DNA of 64,000 nucleotides from Bispira polyomma (Eukaryota): assembly GCA_965649765.1 (NCBI GenBank), contig OZ287755.1:67518001-67582000 (forward strand), read 5' to 3'. The first letter of the stretch is position 1; the number at the start of each line of letters is the position of its first letter. Of this stretch, positions 12,424 through 27,500 are shown one piece after another. Made by a program: the position numbers and the translations under genes. The notes below the pieces were generated by a model that worked only from the letters and a program-made list of their open reading frames with translations, had not been told where the DNA came from and did no database searches.

Positions 12424-13560
12424 TTATTCATACTCTAAGTACATTAGACAAATACAAACATATGTTCACATTAAGTTACCAATTTTAAATAATCAACACA
12501 TCTCCAGTTAAAAAAAAACATTAATTTATACAAAAATATTCTATAAGCCTTTTCAGTTTATCAAGTTTGAAATGATTATTTGCTAAATTGTCTCTTAGGT
12601 GTAATAAGTCTTTGATATTACCTAGATTGATTTTATCATTAAGAACTAATGAATCATAATTATTTACATTTGGCATATATATTTTAGTTGTACTGTTATT
12701 GTGGTAACCTTTCTGGTTTAAAAGATATTTGTTCAACTGATATTTTTCACATATAACATTCTAATACTTAGACATGAACCACTACCCTTCATTGCCAAGT
12801 TACCACACAGCTTCAAGACAGAATTATTGCTATTTAATATACCATGAACAAATTTAATAACATGTTTATGCAGATACAAATCAGTGGACAAGTCTTCAAC
12901 AACGACCGGTATAAATTTACAATGTGTTTTATATGACAGATTCAACAACCTTCTGACACATTTTCTCCATGTTGTAAAGAACATATTCATTTTTCTATTT
13001 GAATAATCCTACAATTCACAGCCATATAGGCCCATGCAATATGTTTTAAACAATTTATATTTTACATTACTTGTTACATGTCTAAATGTTGATACAACAT
13101 AGTTAGTTCTCCTCACTAAATCAAAACAGATGTCTTGTATAGCTTAAGGGGAGGTCCCTGGGCCTATTAAATGACCAAGATGATATGTTTCTTTAGTATT
13201 TACAATTTCAACCCCATTAAATTTCACACTAAGTCATCATTCTAGTTATTACCAAACACAACAAATTGACTTTTACTAGGATTAAATGACACATAATATT
13301 CATTTTCATAACAGCTAACAGTGTTAAGCATTGCCTTCAAAGATGTTGATGTTGGTGCAAAATAACAATGTCATCAGCGTATCCAAGAGCTCCAGTAAAT
13401 GTGGAACCAATATGACATCCAAAACCTAGGTCTTTCAAATTTAATTAACAGATGATCCATATATATATAGTGAACAATATAGGAGATAAAACTCCATCCT
13501 GTTAAACACCATTGGAGATACCAAAGCACTCGGACACTTCATTGTTCCAGATGTTTCTCA
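12393..13560 (-). mobile_element. 5'-truncated non-LTR retrotransposon (RTE-X/CR1-like), degenerate RT C-half
   Basis: Minus translation WNNEVSECFGISNGV*QDGVLSPILFT...GCHIGSTFTGALGYADDI...WRKCVRRLLNLSYKTH; AATAAA followed by a (TA)n tail at 12393-12420; absent from copy B. Confidence 0.85.
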
Positions 13561-13705
13561 TAATGTTTTTTTTATAATGTTTTTTACCAATTTTGTTTTT
13601 TGGTCAAATAAATTTGCAATTGCTGGTTGGGTCGGTCACAGCCACATTTCTGTAGGTGTGAGAGTTTTAATCTTCTGGGGTATTTTTATACATTGTAAAA
13701 CAGGT

Positions 13706-15975
13706 CTTTTTATTTTTTATTTTTCATGTTTTTAAGTTTACATTACAAAATAACAAATAACACAGAAAGTACATTACAAAATTACAAAATAACAAATAAC
13801 ACAGAAAGTATATATCTAAATGTTTCAACATGTATAACTATTCAGTTTGCACACCATGGAGGACTACAAAGCAAGTGGGACGGGGAATATATAATATATA
13901 TATCAAAGTTGGAACTAAATAGCCTGGATTGACTTCCGTATAAAATTCCAAGTGCTTTGAAAGATCTCCAATTATAATGTTACATTGGCTAAATATTCTT
14001 GTTCAATATATATGCGCTTTAGTCTTTCCTGCAGTGTTTTAATATACATTGGTGAGGACATAGTAGCCGATTGAAAAACATAGTGTTTATATATTATAAG
14101 TATTACATTAAGGCAAAACAAATTTTGCTTCGGTTTAAAAGTATCCAATATTACATTTTCAAGATCGAGATTCACTGAAAAACCCGTAGCGTTCTGAAGC
14201 CACACATTTATGTCTTTTAAAAGATCTTGGGCTTTTATACAATAAAAGAACAAATGGGTTAAGGTTTCCTGGGATTCTTGACAGTTTTGACATATTCCAT
14301 CACCTGCTTTCCCCATTTTACAAAGCAGGTTTTTTGTTCCCAAAATTCCATTAATGATTCTGTTTTGAAACCAGATTAGGTAATTGTCCTGGATAGTCTT
14401 AAATCAATTTAAATATACCTTTCTCCAATCTAGATCCCGCCCTAAAAGGTTTGACCACTTTTGACGGTACTCAAAATACATGGTCATGTTTTCATTCAGC
14501 AAAATATTATAGAATATTTTACTGCACTTTTGTTTTTTATTTAGATCTTTAATTAACAGTGGCCTCATAAGTTTAGGATGGTTTCTCAATGGCTTTAAAT
14601 AGTTACTTAGCCCAAAGTTCAATTTGTGATGCTCCAAGAAATTACAATTTGCATTGAAGGTCTTTTTGATTTGATAAGACTTTAAGATTGTATTGTTATC
14701 AATACCTTATTCAGCAATGTACATACACACGTTTTGATACAATCTAAAATTAAACAGAGGAAATTTTGAAATATGTGGGTTATACCAAAATGGCACGTCC
14801 ACAGCGTCTCCATAATTTTTAACAGGTAATTTTTGCAACAGTTTACTCTAACTTATTACAAGGTCATACCAAAAGACATTTGTTATCTGTGAGGTGACTT
14901 TTTTATTCCATAAAGGTCCTATTTCCAAAAATTTTGACGAGTTCTAAATGTTATATTCTGCCATTCCTGCCACTGTGTATTTTCCATTATCAATAATCTT
15001 TTTACCCATGTAGCATTTAGGGCATAAGATCTATCATTTAAGACCACCTTTTCCAAAAGGTGTGGTCAGGAGTTATCTTTCATCTGGCTTGTCCAACCAT
15101 ATATACTTGAAGAAAATATTATTAACTTTTTTTAATTTCGGTAAGTTGAGGGTTAGGCAATACTGTTAGGAGGTGAATTAACTTGGGTAGTATTAAGGTC
15201 TTAAGAATATTGATTCTACCAAAGGCTGTCATATATCTTCATTTCCAAGGATTTAAAAGTTTGGGCAAATTCTCTATTAATGGAGTGTAGCTCAGGTGAG
15301 GGATTTCATCTAGATTTACACTAAATTTAATGTCAAGGAAGTCAAAGAAGGTTGCTCCCCAATTAAGATGTCTATTCACATTAAGCTTATCCTTTGAATA
15401 GCGTTTTTTCCCAATCTAGATTATTTGAGTTTTATCCGTGGTAATCTTTAGCCCGGAAAAGTCCCCAAAAATTTCCAACGTGTTTAGGGCTGCCCAAAGA
15501 GAGTCTCCTGTTCCATCCAAAATTAGAGTGGTATCATTGGCATACTGTGTTATATTTATGCTGCTATTGTTAATCTTTATTCCTTTGATACTGTGGTTCA
15601 ATTAAATCATTAAATACAGTATTTGGGCACTGAACAGAAATAGATATACTGACCATGGGTCAACCTGTCGACATCCTCTTTGTATTTTAAAAATCTCGGA
15701 GAGGTGTCCATACTGGCTTACTGATGCTATAATGTCTATAATAAAGAAAATTATGCAGTGACTCAGATTTTTCCCCAAAATTGAAAAGTTTGAGAGTATG
15801 CATAATAAGTTCCCATGAAACAGATTTAAAAGCTTTTTTGAAATCCACCAGAACTAACAGATCTGGTAAATCTTTTTTCTCAGTATAGTGCAGCAAGTCA
15901 TAGATCAGGTGTGTGTTTTCTCCAATAAATCGTCCAGATAGAAAGCCTGTTTGGGCCTTTGATACAAGTTTATCA
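13706..15975 (-). mobile_element. L1/Tx1-clade LINE, 5'-truncated ORF2 (RT to C-terminal Zn knuckle)
   Basis: QTGFLSGRFIGEN, LVDFKKAFKSVSW, TQYANDTT, CQNCQESQETLTHLFFYC; A-rich tail seen as T-rich 13706-13725; many stops and frameshifts. Confidence 0.92.
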
Positions 15976-18900
15976 AAAACTAAAAAAAGAATGGATGCTT
16001 TATATTATTTAGAAAATTTGGGAGCAGGAATAATTTGTCTACAAGACACGCATTTGTTGGACACAGATGTGAAATCAATCAAACAAATTTGGAGGGGCAA
16101 TTGCATGTTGAATGGTCAAAGGTCCAATGCAATAGGGGTTGCAATTCTGCTAAAAAGCAATTTTGAATATAAAATACAATCAGTCTTCAGTGATGACAGT
16201 GGAATTCTTATCTCTCTTGATCTCCAATTAAGTAATCTCTCCATTAAGATTATTAATATTTATGCGTCAAATACAGACTCGTGTGATTTCTTTAAAAACA
16301 TTCAAGAAATGATCAATATAAGTCAGCAGGACTATATAATAATATGTGGCGATTTTAATTTGGCATTATAACCCTCAGTTGACACTAGAAACTATAAATA
16401 CATCAATAATCCTAAAGCTCGCAACTCTTTACTCCACACAATGAATGTTTTGTAGCTTGACTGATGCATTTCGATACTTTCATCCAAATAGTAAAAGATA
16501 TACATGGCGAAGGAAAACTCCAATGCAGCAAGCACGGTTAGATTATTTTATTGTTTCAAATTCACTACTATATCTAATAAACGACTGCAATATAAGGCCT
16601 GGCTATCGCACAGATCATTCAATAATTGAATTAAACCTGTTACTCTGCAAATTTGAAAGAGGCAAAGGAGTATGGAAATTTAACTGTTCACTGTTGAAAG
16701 ACCCTGATTATTTGAGGATGATAAACACATTAATAGAAACTGAAAAGCAAGAGTCCACTGTTTCAATTCATAACTTTGACAAGATCCCAGATACAAACTT
16801 GAAATTTATAATAAATGATGGTCTATTTCCTTGAATTATTGCTTCTTAAAAATGATAGGTGGAATGGTAAAATTTCCTTCAAGGTTAAAAAAGAGCTTGA
16901 ATACGAAAGAAAAAGAGCTCATGGCTGATATTGAAATGCTAGAGAAAGATGTAAATTTACGTAATTTTGATCTGTTTGAGGACAAAAAGAAAGAATTGCA
17001 AGCAATAAGAGATGAAAAGGTCAAAGGGATATATATCAGACTTTTTTTAGCGCTTATTTTCGTTGTAACGAATTGTAAGGCGCAATAGCTATAAGATCTT
17101 GGACCCAATGGTTAAAAGACAGAGAGAAACCCTCCAAATATTTAGGTGCATTAGAACGTTACAACTATCTTGAAAAAACAGTAAAACGTGTAGTAAGATC
17201 AGATGGTCAGATCGTCACAAAAGAAAATTTTATTATAACTAAAAAACTTTTATCAATTATTATTCAAAAATAATGATAAATCTTTGACTAAAATAAATTT
17301 TGAAAATACTTTTCAAAACAATAATATTAATAAATTATCAGAACGTGAATCACTTAAACTTGAAGGGCCTCTAGGTGTTAGCGAACTTAGTGATGCTTTG
17401 AAATCAATGAAAAATGGAAAATGTCCTGATATAGATGGTTTTCCTGCAGGATTTTTTATTTAAAGTATTTTGGGAGAAACTAAAAATTTTCAATCTCAGA
17501 GCTTTGAACTAGGCTTACGAAAGTGGAGAAATGTCTATTTCATTACACCAGTGCATTATAAGTTGTCTACCCAAGGGTGACAAACCAAGAGAATTCTTAA
17601 AAAATTGGCGTCCTATATCCTTTCTGTCTGTTATTTACAAAATTGGCTCCACTGCCAGTGCTAATAGAATTAAAAAGTTTCTTCGAAAATTTATATAGAA
17701 AAATCAGTCAGGATTTATTAGCGGCCGTTATATAGGTGATTGCACTCGTTTAATATACGATATAATACAGTATACCGAGCATGTAAATATTCCAAAATGA
17801 ACTAAAGTTAACACAGTTTGCTGAGGACACGACCCTTATGTTAGATGGCACAACTGATTCTCTGTTGGCAGCATTTAATACGCATTTGAAATTAGAATAA
17901 TGTTGTTGATTAGCATTAGAAATATATGGCTCAATATCAGGTTTAAAAGTAAACACTGACAAAACACAGTTGATATGGATAGATAAAAAATGATATTCAA
18001 AAGACAAATTGAATGTAGGTAGAAATTTGAATTGGGGGTTGACTGAATTCAATCTATTAGGAATATTATTAACATTTGACTTGGATAATGTTGTTGATCT
18101 CAACTATAAACTGGTATTAATAAAAGTAGAAAAACTTTTGAACAGTTGGATGAGCTGGTATTCAACACTAATAGGGAAAATCACAGTATTAAAAACTATA
18201 ATCTTACCAAAATTTAATCATCTCTTCATTGCTATTCCAAGTCCCAAAATTGAATTGATACGGCAGCTGAACACATATTTTTATATGTTCATTTTGGATG
18301 GTAAACCAGATAAAATAAAAAAAAAACAATTGACAAGGGATACTTACAAGGAGGATTGAAAGTGTTAGATCTCAACTGCTTAATTAAAGGACTTAAAGTA
18401 TCTTGGCTTCATCGATTTAAACCATGGAGCTCCTTGGATGCACCTAGTTCCATTTAATCTAGATTCAGTTGATAAAGTACTATATTTTGGATCTCGGTGG
18501 TCTTTATCAGTTGCTCAAAGAACAGAAAACAAATTTTGGAAGGATGTCCTTGCATCTTGGAGTGATGTAATAAAAAAGCTCCCAGAAATTGATAAAACTC
18601 CGGAAAGACTTGACTATGGTACAATCAAAGTATCTCAAAAACTAACTTTTTTGTTCCACAGCTATACCAAAAGGGAATTGTTTCACCTGCTGATCTTATC
18701 ACAAATAGAGGAATCCTTATGACCTGGCACTACATAAAGCAGCATTTGAATACATCTGTGGACTTCCTAACCTACCACAATATACATTTTTTTGTTAAAG
18801 AATATTTGAAAAGTATTAATTTGTCAGAATATCTTAATCAAAGACTGATAGTTTAAAATATCTTAATAAGTAGAAGAGCGAGAGCTGATGATAACAATGG

Positions 18901-19390
18901 ATCAAAATTCATGGAAAAAAATACATAAAATAATCTTTACTTCTATTCAGGATAATGCTTTGATTTGGTTCCAATGTAAAATTATATACACATTATTAGG
19001 TACAAGGTATTTTCGGCACAAAAATAATCAATCTGAAAGTTATAAATGTTCTCTCTGTGGTCAGCATGAAGAAACTAACCTACATTTATTTGCCTGCTGT
19101 GAAAAAAAGCATTAACTTTTGGAATAATATCAAAATATGGCTTAAACGATCAATAGATAAAAATATTGATATTTTGCCTGGCACCATCATATTTGGTGAT
19201 TGGAAATCGTTTGTACAAATTGCTTCTTTAAATTGCATCTACAGTACAGCAATTAAATATTTTTGAATATCAAGGTCAACTGAGGTCAACATTTCTTGAG
19301 CAGAGTCACCTATCCAAAATTGAAATGCGTAGTAAAGAATTTAAGAAAACATGGTCAGTGTTTGCTAACCATTTTGACGAAATTGAATAT
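15976..19390 (+). mobile_element. Second L1/Tx1-clade LINE ORF2 (APE endonuclease, RT with internal deletion, Zn knuckle)
   Basis: IICLQDTH, IICGDFN, RYTWRR, RLDYF, TDHS (APE); NWRPIS, QSGFISGRYIG, TQFAEDTT (RT); CSLCGQHEETNLHLFACC. The RT core between QYTEHVNIP and LTQFAED is missing (~17793). Confidence 0.92.
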
Positions 19391-21960
19391 ATAATATAAT
19401 CTTAAGAATAATCACAAGAAAGTTTTGTGACCTAATATTGCTGGTTCATTAATAATTAGCCTGAAAGGTACTTATAGCATTAATATATACTTGATCGTTT
19501 ATCAAAAACTTTTTTAATACATCTTACGATTGTGGAGGATAGATTCTTGTAAACAGAAATAAGAGAAATGGGACGCCAATTCTTCAGAAGATGCCTATTT
19601 TCTTCTCCTTTTGGAATACACAAGGTTATGCAGTGTCGAAGACTGCATGACATTTTACCTGTTTTAAAGGCGGCATTTGCTGATCTTAATATAAATTATT
19701 TAAGCTTACCTCAGAAAACTAAAAAAATTCTGGGAAACCATAAGGATGCACTTTGACAAAAATTAAAAAGAAATTATGTGTCTAAAGAGTAACTAGATCT
19801 ATGGGATATTCTCCATTGATTGTTTTAAATCCATTAAGTTAATATAAGCTCTGTACAAGTGGACTCCAACCTCTGCACTAAGGGTTCATGATACCAGTCT
19901 TTGATCAGAGTCCAGTTTTAACCAGCAGACAAATATACAGATTGATACACAGGTTGATACAGATGTGTTTAGTTTTTTTAGAAACCTGTAACAAATATTA
20001 ACTAACAACCGTGTGCTGCTTTTCTCCACAAATAAACCGTCTTGTTGTGATGTAATAAATACTAAGTTGTTGAAATTGACTGCTAAGCTGAACATCAACC
20101 TTAATTGAATTATTTGAGTGCAGAGTATTTAAAAACAAAAATTGCTTTTAAAAAAGGCAGGTCGGAGGTAACTAAAGGCCACTTTATGTATATCCCAGAA
20201 GTAAAAAAGGTGTGTCAGATCATTGTATTTCTACATCAATTCATTCTTTCATGAACTTCTATCAGTCCACCTTTATAAGAGAAATATATTAACCAAAAAT
20301 ATAAGACAAGTAGAACATTAACCACAATAAAAAGTTATATGTTTTCATGAATAATATCACATTTACACCCCAAAATGGTTTATCTTACACCCTTCACACA
20401 ACATGGTGGCCCCAGCTAACGATCGTGTTAGAAGGTCTCGGACCCCAAAAAATTAAATAAATAAACTAGGTCAAAGTATAGCTTTCAACTATGTGATTAC
20501 TTTCTACTTAGTTGTTCTCATGTATGTTATAATATTCAATAGTTCTTACAAACATGTTAAATTTGTACACTAACATTATATCACTATAATAACTGCAATG
20601 TGTCTGGTTTTCAATAATGATGAAACATCAATATGTATCATAACCATACACACAGTATCTTTCAGAACATTTAAAATGTTGGTTCGAATTCTGTTTCTCC
20701 ATGTGTGAAACTTTGTCAGGTACTTGCCGTAGGTTGGTGGTTTACAGTACGTCAGCACTGCTTTCTTCCACGATTTAATATGGCCGTTGAATATTATTTA
20801 CTGTAGATAAATATAAAATTTTAGTATTAATTTGAATATAATACAATGATTAATTTCTTCTTTTTGTGCGGTTAAAATTAAAAAATTGCAAATCACTTTT
20901 GTAACCAGAATCCCCTTGAGTTGTATACTACGTTGGTCATAAAGCTATGCTCATTTACTTTACTGACACAGAACCTAACGCAAGTGTATCACTTAATTAC
21001 TTTTTTGGAACGGTTAAACAAAATTTTCTTTTGTTGTTTAGTTGTAAGGGTGGATCTGTAAAATACCACATATTACAACATACAATACTCATCTACAGAA
21101 TGCTGTACAACTGATAATTTTCACTAAGAATTAATATTAGCTATTTTATCTTGAGAGTTGGGATAATGAAAATTGTGCAAAAAAAAGTAAAAATTATGCA
21201 AAAGGTTAAAATTATGCACAAATTCTGCAATATTAAAACAAAATGCCAGTGAATTTCTGACAAATATTTTAAATTAGTGAAATTTTCTTGCACCTAAAAT
21301 TGCTACTGATACAAGTGAAATACCAAGTCATGTATATATAATCTATGCTGGGTGATCTATGATGTGGTTAAGCACACACCTCACTGAACTCAATTAAACC
21401 TGTTGTTTTAGGGGTGTGAGAAAATGCCAATCTTTTGGAACACCAATTTGGAACCGCATAGCACTTAAGAGTCACCAAGGCGGTAACTTGTCAGACCTTA
21501 TTTTCTATTTGAGTTATATAGGTTAGAGGGGAAAAAGAACACATTAAACAGAACCATTATTGCAATATAATGTATACCAGTAGGGATCCTGGAGACGCAA
21601 CAAAAATTCTCCTGGAAACGTATGGGACAAGAAGATAATAAACTGGGATGGAAGTAGTCCCTGCAGTGTCAGGATTTGAGCATGATTTGAGCATTATCTA
21701 TCAATGGGTGGTGCATATAAAGCATTTTTTGGGAAGTCCAAGATTTACGCCCTTGAAGATATAGGTCCATTTTTTGTTCCTCTGCTTTATCTGCTTGAAG
21801 TCAAATCTGTGGAGAGTAACATACTCTCTGTGTACTACTAAATAAACAGACTCCTAAAAAATAGGTGTAGCTGTAAATAACAGCTAAATCAATGTGAGAT
21901 CATCCTATATAAGCGCTGTGAGAGCTCAGGTTCAATATACAGTATACATCTTTATTTGCC

Positions 21961-22108
21961 CTCACTCATTAAGTCTAGCAGCCATACCCAGGGAAACTGT
22001 CTTTACGATTCCTTAAATCAACCAAATAGGAAAATTGGCAGGCGCTAATTTACTGTTGCAGCTCTGGTTGAATGGAACCAGCTCCCACCGACTGTAAGAT
22101 CACAGGAT
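21961..22108 (+). mobile_element. L2/CR1 3' fragment (longer homologue at 44860-45055)
   Basis: Copy B reads FTVAAPVEWNQLPQTVRSQDTITGFKSQLRIYLF, a typical L2 C-terminus. Confidence 0.7.
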
Positions 22109-25100
22109 GAATGTGTGTAGGTGGGTCTAAAAACAAAACTACTCAATTATCATTAATTTGTACAACGACCTGTTTGCTCATGGAGAAAAAAACAGGAAAA
22201 GAAGAAAAATGACCAGTAATTATAATAAATAGGCAAGGTCTGAAAAGGAAGGTCTTCACTAAGTCATATATTGTTATTCACAACCGGTGTTAAGGTGTTG
22301 GAAAAATATTGCTTCTTTAATTACTGTCTTACTGACCTATTACACAGTCACACCTAATAATCAGGAAAACTTTAAGAAATGTAATTTGTATTGAAATATG
22401 TTTTTTAGCAACTCAACAAAGTGAGAACCACAAAAGAAGAAGCCAAACGTAAATGTTGGTCATTTCCAATTTTTTGGGGATCAAGCTAAAAAGATGAATG
22501 AGCCTTATCACACATTAGACTCATTATCAGACAAGGGGCTGCCTTCTGGTATTTGTTTGTTTTTTTTTTTGTCTAGTGAGAGGTCATTCCAGAGAAATGG
22601 GCTGCCTCATGGTATTTGTTCTCTTTGGTCTAGTGAGGGGTTCTCTCAAAGAAATACAATGGTCTAGCCGATGTGGCAACATTCTTATTGAGCATGAGGT
22701 ATATAGTATACATTAATATATATAATCTAATATATAGTAAACACATTTTTTCTCATATATTTTTTAAGGAAATTATCATGAATTGAATGGTGTGCTTTTT
22801 TGTTTATTACAAAGCTACATGTAATACAATATATTTATTTAGACATGTCTTAAGATAAACTGATGTATGGAATACTGAATAAATGAATACGGCATGTTGA
22901 AATAACAACATATGATAAGAAACTGAAATATTGAAAAAAGAAACCCACTTAGAAAAAGTACATTCTTGTTGGCACTTTTATGTCTCAAGTAAAAATTGTA
23001 AAAGAGATGTGAAAACATATGTACACGTTTCAACAATATCTTCTTGACACTGTGATTTTCATGATATGCAAATGATAGCATTTTTAGAAAACAGGCACAT
23101 TCCGCCTGATGACAAAGATATTCTAAACAAAACAAAAAAAAACTTTTGTAAGATGGACAACTTTGCTATGCTGCCTGGTTCTTGCAGTTGAAGCACTTTA
23201 ATTAATGGGTATGTACTAACATCATGTAAACCAAACAGCAACAATAACACCTTGCTTGCATACATGTTTTGTAGACCTCCCCTATATGACTCACACTTGG
23301 GACATCTAAATCACAAAAACATTCCACAGTAGATCATTAATAAAAAATGCCATATTTTAAACAACTTACAAGTTTTCCCACCATTAGTACATTTCTTACT
23401 TATTTACTACAATAACTATACAAAACTGTTGCAAATGGTAATCACAGCAAGGTATATAATATGTACCATAGTTTTATCATTGAGATTCCGAGAGAAGCAG
23501 GAAGTTGATTAATGAATATCCTTCTTTCTGGGAAACACACCTCTTATTCAGTCAACTGGAACTACAGCTCCAACAAATCAGTGAGAAATCAGATTTTGAA
23601 ATATAGCAATTTAATTTATTATGCAATGTCAACTTCATATATAATACACAACACTAACGATTATATATAATGTCACTATAATAAAATTGCTCAACTACAT
23701 CAACAGATAGCCAATCTGGTATGTGAATTTTAGTTAAAATATACACAAGGTGTATAAAAAATATTATGAAAACAAATGTCTTTTAAAAGAGAAACAGGTG
23801 CACAGTGTGATAAATATTAAGCTGACACCCCTTTAGTTTGGCTAGGTCAGTTGCTTCCAACTAACACTTACAAAATATTTCCAACATGGCAGTGTGTTGC
23901 AACATGGCCAAGCGCTTTTCAGAGTGAAAAAAATATCAGGCTCCTCCTAAAATAAAAGTAAAAATTATTATTTTCCAAAGTTGATTCATCCGCTGTCATT
24001 TTGATAATGCATGATTTGGATGCAATTAGGACAGTCTCATATACCGTGGACTGAGTTTTTTATTGCTGATTTGTGGCTTTTCGTAGTCACATCACACATG
24101 TACTGTTGTAGGTGTGAATCTTGGTATTTGGTTTGTATATGGCAAACCTGGCAGTAGAATTGGCTCCGGTGAATTGCCTCCGGTGAAATATGATCCGAAT
24201 AAAAATAAGTGCTAGTATTCGGTTTTTCGAAGTTAGCGATAATATGTATAGCCAAGAGAAACAGCCAATCAGATTGCAGCAAGTCACTGAGCACAAAATT
24301 TTCGCAATATTTTTCAAGTGGTCAATCAAATAGAAAATGTGCTTAACATCCTTAAAAAGTGCTCAACACTTGGCCACTCAAATACAACCTATTGATACAA
24401 TCAGATTAGCTTGAATGGAGATTTTACACGGAAACCCTTACATCTTATGTCAATGACCAAGTCCTTTGATGGCTCCTCCACATCCAATCAGACAAAAAAT
24501 AGAGAAATTTCTAGTTTAGAAATGTTTGTTGTAGTTTGGATCTGATAAGGACAGTGTATATTTTTATTGTTTGAAAAATTTCGTTCAAATCATACTGCAC
24601 CAGACAAAGTTAGCAAAGCAAATTATATACTTTTTTAAATAAAAAGAAAAAAAAAACAGATTTGGCAGTAATTTTTCCAACCATTTTTCTATCAAACATT
24701 CTATTCAGTATCTCTATATAAATAGTTATTATGGTCTCATTTCAGCTCTATAATCTAGATGATTTGCTCTAACCCAATAAACACTGTCTGGCAAAAAGTT
24801 ATATTTTGTCATGTTTGTTTTATTTCATGAATTATTTATATACTTACCCATGATTAAAATCAAATTGACCACAAAAAACAGACATTGACATAGACAAGTT
24901 AAAGCATCCCAGACCAGGGGCCAATATTATAGAAATAAGGGGACTCCCGTTTGACACAAACATTTTAGTTTCCTTAAAGCATTATGTAACTGCTCTGACT
25001 CTTCTTCTCTGTCTCAACCCATTCACTTCGGTACTTCATATGTAGTCTGAATTTGAATTTTTAAGGGTTTTACGTCACTTTTAACAGCTTAGGTCATGTC

Positions 25101-27272
25101 ATAATTATCAGATTAAATTATGTAAAAACTAGTGAAACACTGCAAACCAAAACTTTCAGCCCCTGTTACGCCGCTGGAAGCAACATTTTTATTCTGAAAA
25201 GGTTTTCTAGTTACTAATAACAAAAGAGTTAAATTTTCTGTATTTTGTATGGTGAAAAAACTAGGCATTAGGAGACATCTCTCCTTAGCTATACTGGAAA
25301 TATTCTTTTTAATAGTCTTTTTTAAACATTTGTCTGCTCTTAAGTATGTGTGCTATTGTATATAAATATTAGCGAAAATTCATGTTCTCAAGAAAGTGGT
25401 TCAAAATTAAAATCTACTGACGATTTATACCTATATAACAGACACAAATAAATATTCTATTGCACTTTGTTGCTGATTTTCATAGAGAACCAGAATTCTG
25501 TAGAGAAAATAGGTGATGTGTTGCAAGTCTAAGTAGGGGGTATCTAAAGAATTGAACTATGCAGACACCATCCTACACTGCTGGCAGCAAAGGCTGAGAA
25601 ACTCTTTATATTTGTATTCACTGCATGTCACAATCAAACAAGGCTTAGGATATCAAATATATGAAGATTTTAGGGAGCAGTTTTTTTCAGGAGCAACATG
25701 TCCTAAATAGCAAATTGTATTCACAATGGATCGCTGTGGTTATATATTTTAATGAATTGTTTTTATCAACTGACATGCCAATTTGAATTTAAAATGTTGA
25801 GTGTAAATATTAGCACAAAAAAGCAACATTTCAGTTCATTTGTATTGTGTTGTTCTGACTAATTTTGTGTAAAATAATTATTTCTATATCAAATTATAAT
25901 TTTAAACAAACCTGTTTGGTTTAGTTTAGCTTTGTTGGGTTTAATATCACGTTCAACACTTGTGTGCTATATTACCTCAGGCAATCTATTGGGGAAAGAA
26001 ACCATTGCATGTCAGTTCAAGGTGTATGTACTATATACAACTGGCCATTTTGTAGGTTTCTTGCCATGTGCATGTTGTGGCTAAGACTCAACCCCATTCT
26101 TACAGAGGTTGGTGACGAGAGGTAATAGAGGTAGCACTTACGTGGGTGGCTTATCTCCCTCCCTACTGGTTGTTAAAATATAGAATTAAGAATATCTTTC
26201 AATGAAAGAGAATTCGTACTGAGCACAAAGTATATTCAAACAGTTTTAATGAAAAATAGTCGCCCAACTTCTTCTTACTAGAATTAAACCATGGCTCTTA
26301 TTTATGAAATTAAGCTTATTTTATATGTCAAACTTAAATCGCTCAAACAGAAGCTTTCCTTATCAACTAGATTTACTTAGACATGTCCCTATTCATTCAG
26401 AACTTTTAGCAGGGAATTTTATGATCTACCATCCAATTGGGTTGCACGAACACATATCACAACACACTTTTGAGATCGTGATAAGTTTAAGTTTGAACCT
26501 TGTCACAAAGATGGTCCTAGAGGTAGTTAACCCAGGGCTGGTAGCAGAACTCTCCCTCCACATCAAACAATGTCTCACTGACACACAGTTCTAACAGAAA
26601 TAGTTGCACCAAGCAGCTCTCAAATCAAAAGATCAGATTTCTTCTCAAAAGCTCACACACTGTGCCCCTAGCCCCCCTCTCTCTTAAACTCTCATTATCA
26701 CAGTGTTTGGTTGTACCTTTCTGCTGTTTACATTGATTTCTGGATTTTCCCCCTTTTTCCAAACCGTTCTTGTATCAGCCTCTACTTATGGCTTTGTTTG
26801 TGACAATGTGGTACATATAAATTAAACTCACCTGAAACATGAGAGCTGCCACCCTGACAACACTACATTATAAGCATGTGAAAAATTATACCTGACTGCT
26901 TCTGCTCATCTAGAGATGTTTTTATCAGGCACAGCCTGCTATTGTTTTCATATTTAAAAAGGGCATCGCCATCTTGGAAATAATATGTAAGTCATTCATT
27001 TATTGATTGTAAGCAATCGACCCGTCCAAACTGAGAGGTGTTACATTTATATTATTAGGCAAAATATGATAATTGAAATTGTAAAATAAAATTTCAGTAG
27101 TTTACAATTTATGAAAGTTCACTAGAATTAATTAGTGTAAATTGTCTCTTATACAGTATTGATACAAAAGTTTCAGAATACTTACATTTGCTCATATTAA
27201 GACATGTGTTGCTCTACCTACATTTGGTTTATGGCACAGACAAGGCTTAAGAAATTTATACACAATCAGCAT

Positions 27273-27500
27273 CCGAATTTATTTGGGTTTTATGGGACTT
27301 TCAACAGCTTGGTCATATTACGACGGCCAGGATAAGTGGTGGGGGAAACCAGTGCTGAAACCACTGTAAACCACATACCAAAGAAAAGTACCTGAGAAAC
27401 TTTCTCACATGAAGAAGGAATCAGTGGGATTGGATCCCAAGAGGTGGGAGGTCAGTGATTTCGAAACAGACACTTATAACCACTAGGCCACCATGGCCCC
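27273..27500 (-). mobile_element. tRNA-derived SINE, family 2, with TSD
   Basis: Minus strand starts GGGGCCATGGTGGCCTAGTGG; TSD cacaatc(a/t)gcat at 27261-27272 and 27501-27512; empty site in copy C near 53940. Partial relatives near 2823, 9540, 20700, 25050, 33370, 43460 and 49745. Confidence 0.85.

Larger units (their letters stand above)
1..22601. repeat. Copy A of a ~23-kb tandem segmental duplication (window starts inside the array)
   Basis: Colinear matches to copy B: 1 ctgcctcttggtatttgttctc = 22602; 690-960 = 23056-23340; 4330-4560 = 26375-26600; 5950-11400 = 28320-35100; 13600-13705 = 40865-40960; 20150-22600 = 42110-46140. True unit breakpoints cannot be fixed from this window. Confidence 0.93.

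Noticed and set aside
15913-16371. 152-aa ORF as a gene
   Set aside because: Chimeric: the first ~20 codons are the antisense of the minus Tx1 RT and the rest is the APE domain of the plus Tx1.
13706-19390. Single L1 with twin-priming 5' inversion
   Set aside because: Both halves cover the same RT and C-terminal regions with different sequences.
26304-26594. Plus-strand ORFs 26304-26594 and 51229-51423 as genes
   Set aside because: Differences between copies fall at first codon positions in this frame but are synonymous in the antisense frame; these are shadow ORFs.
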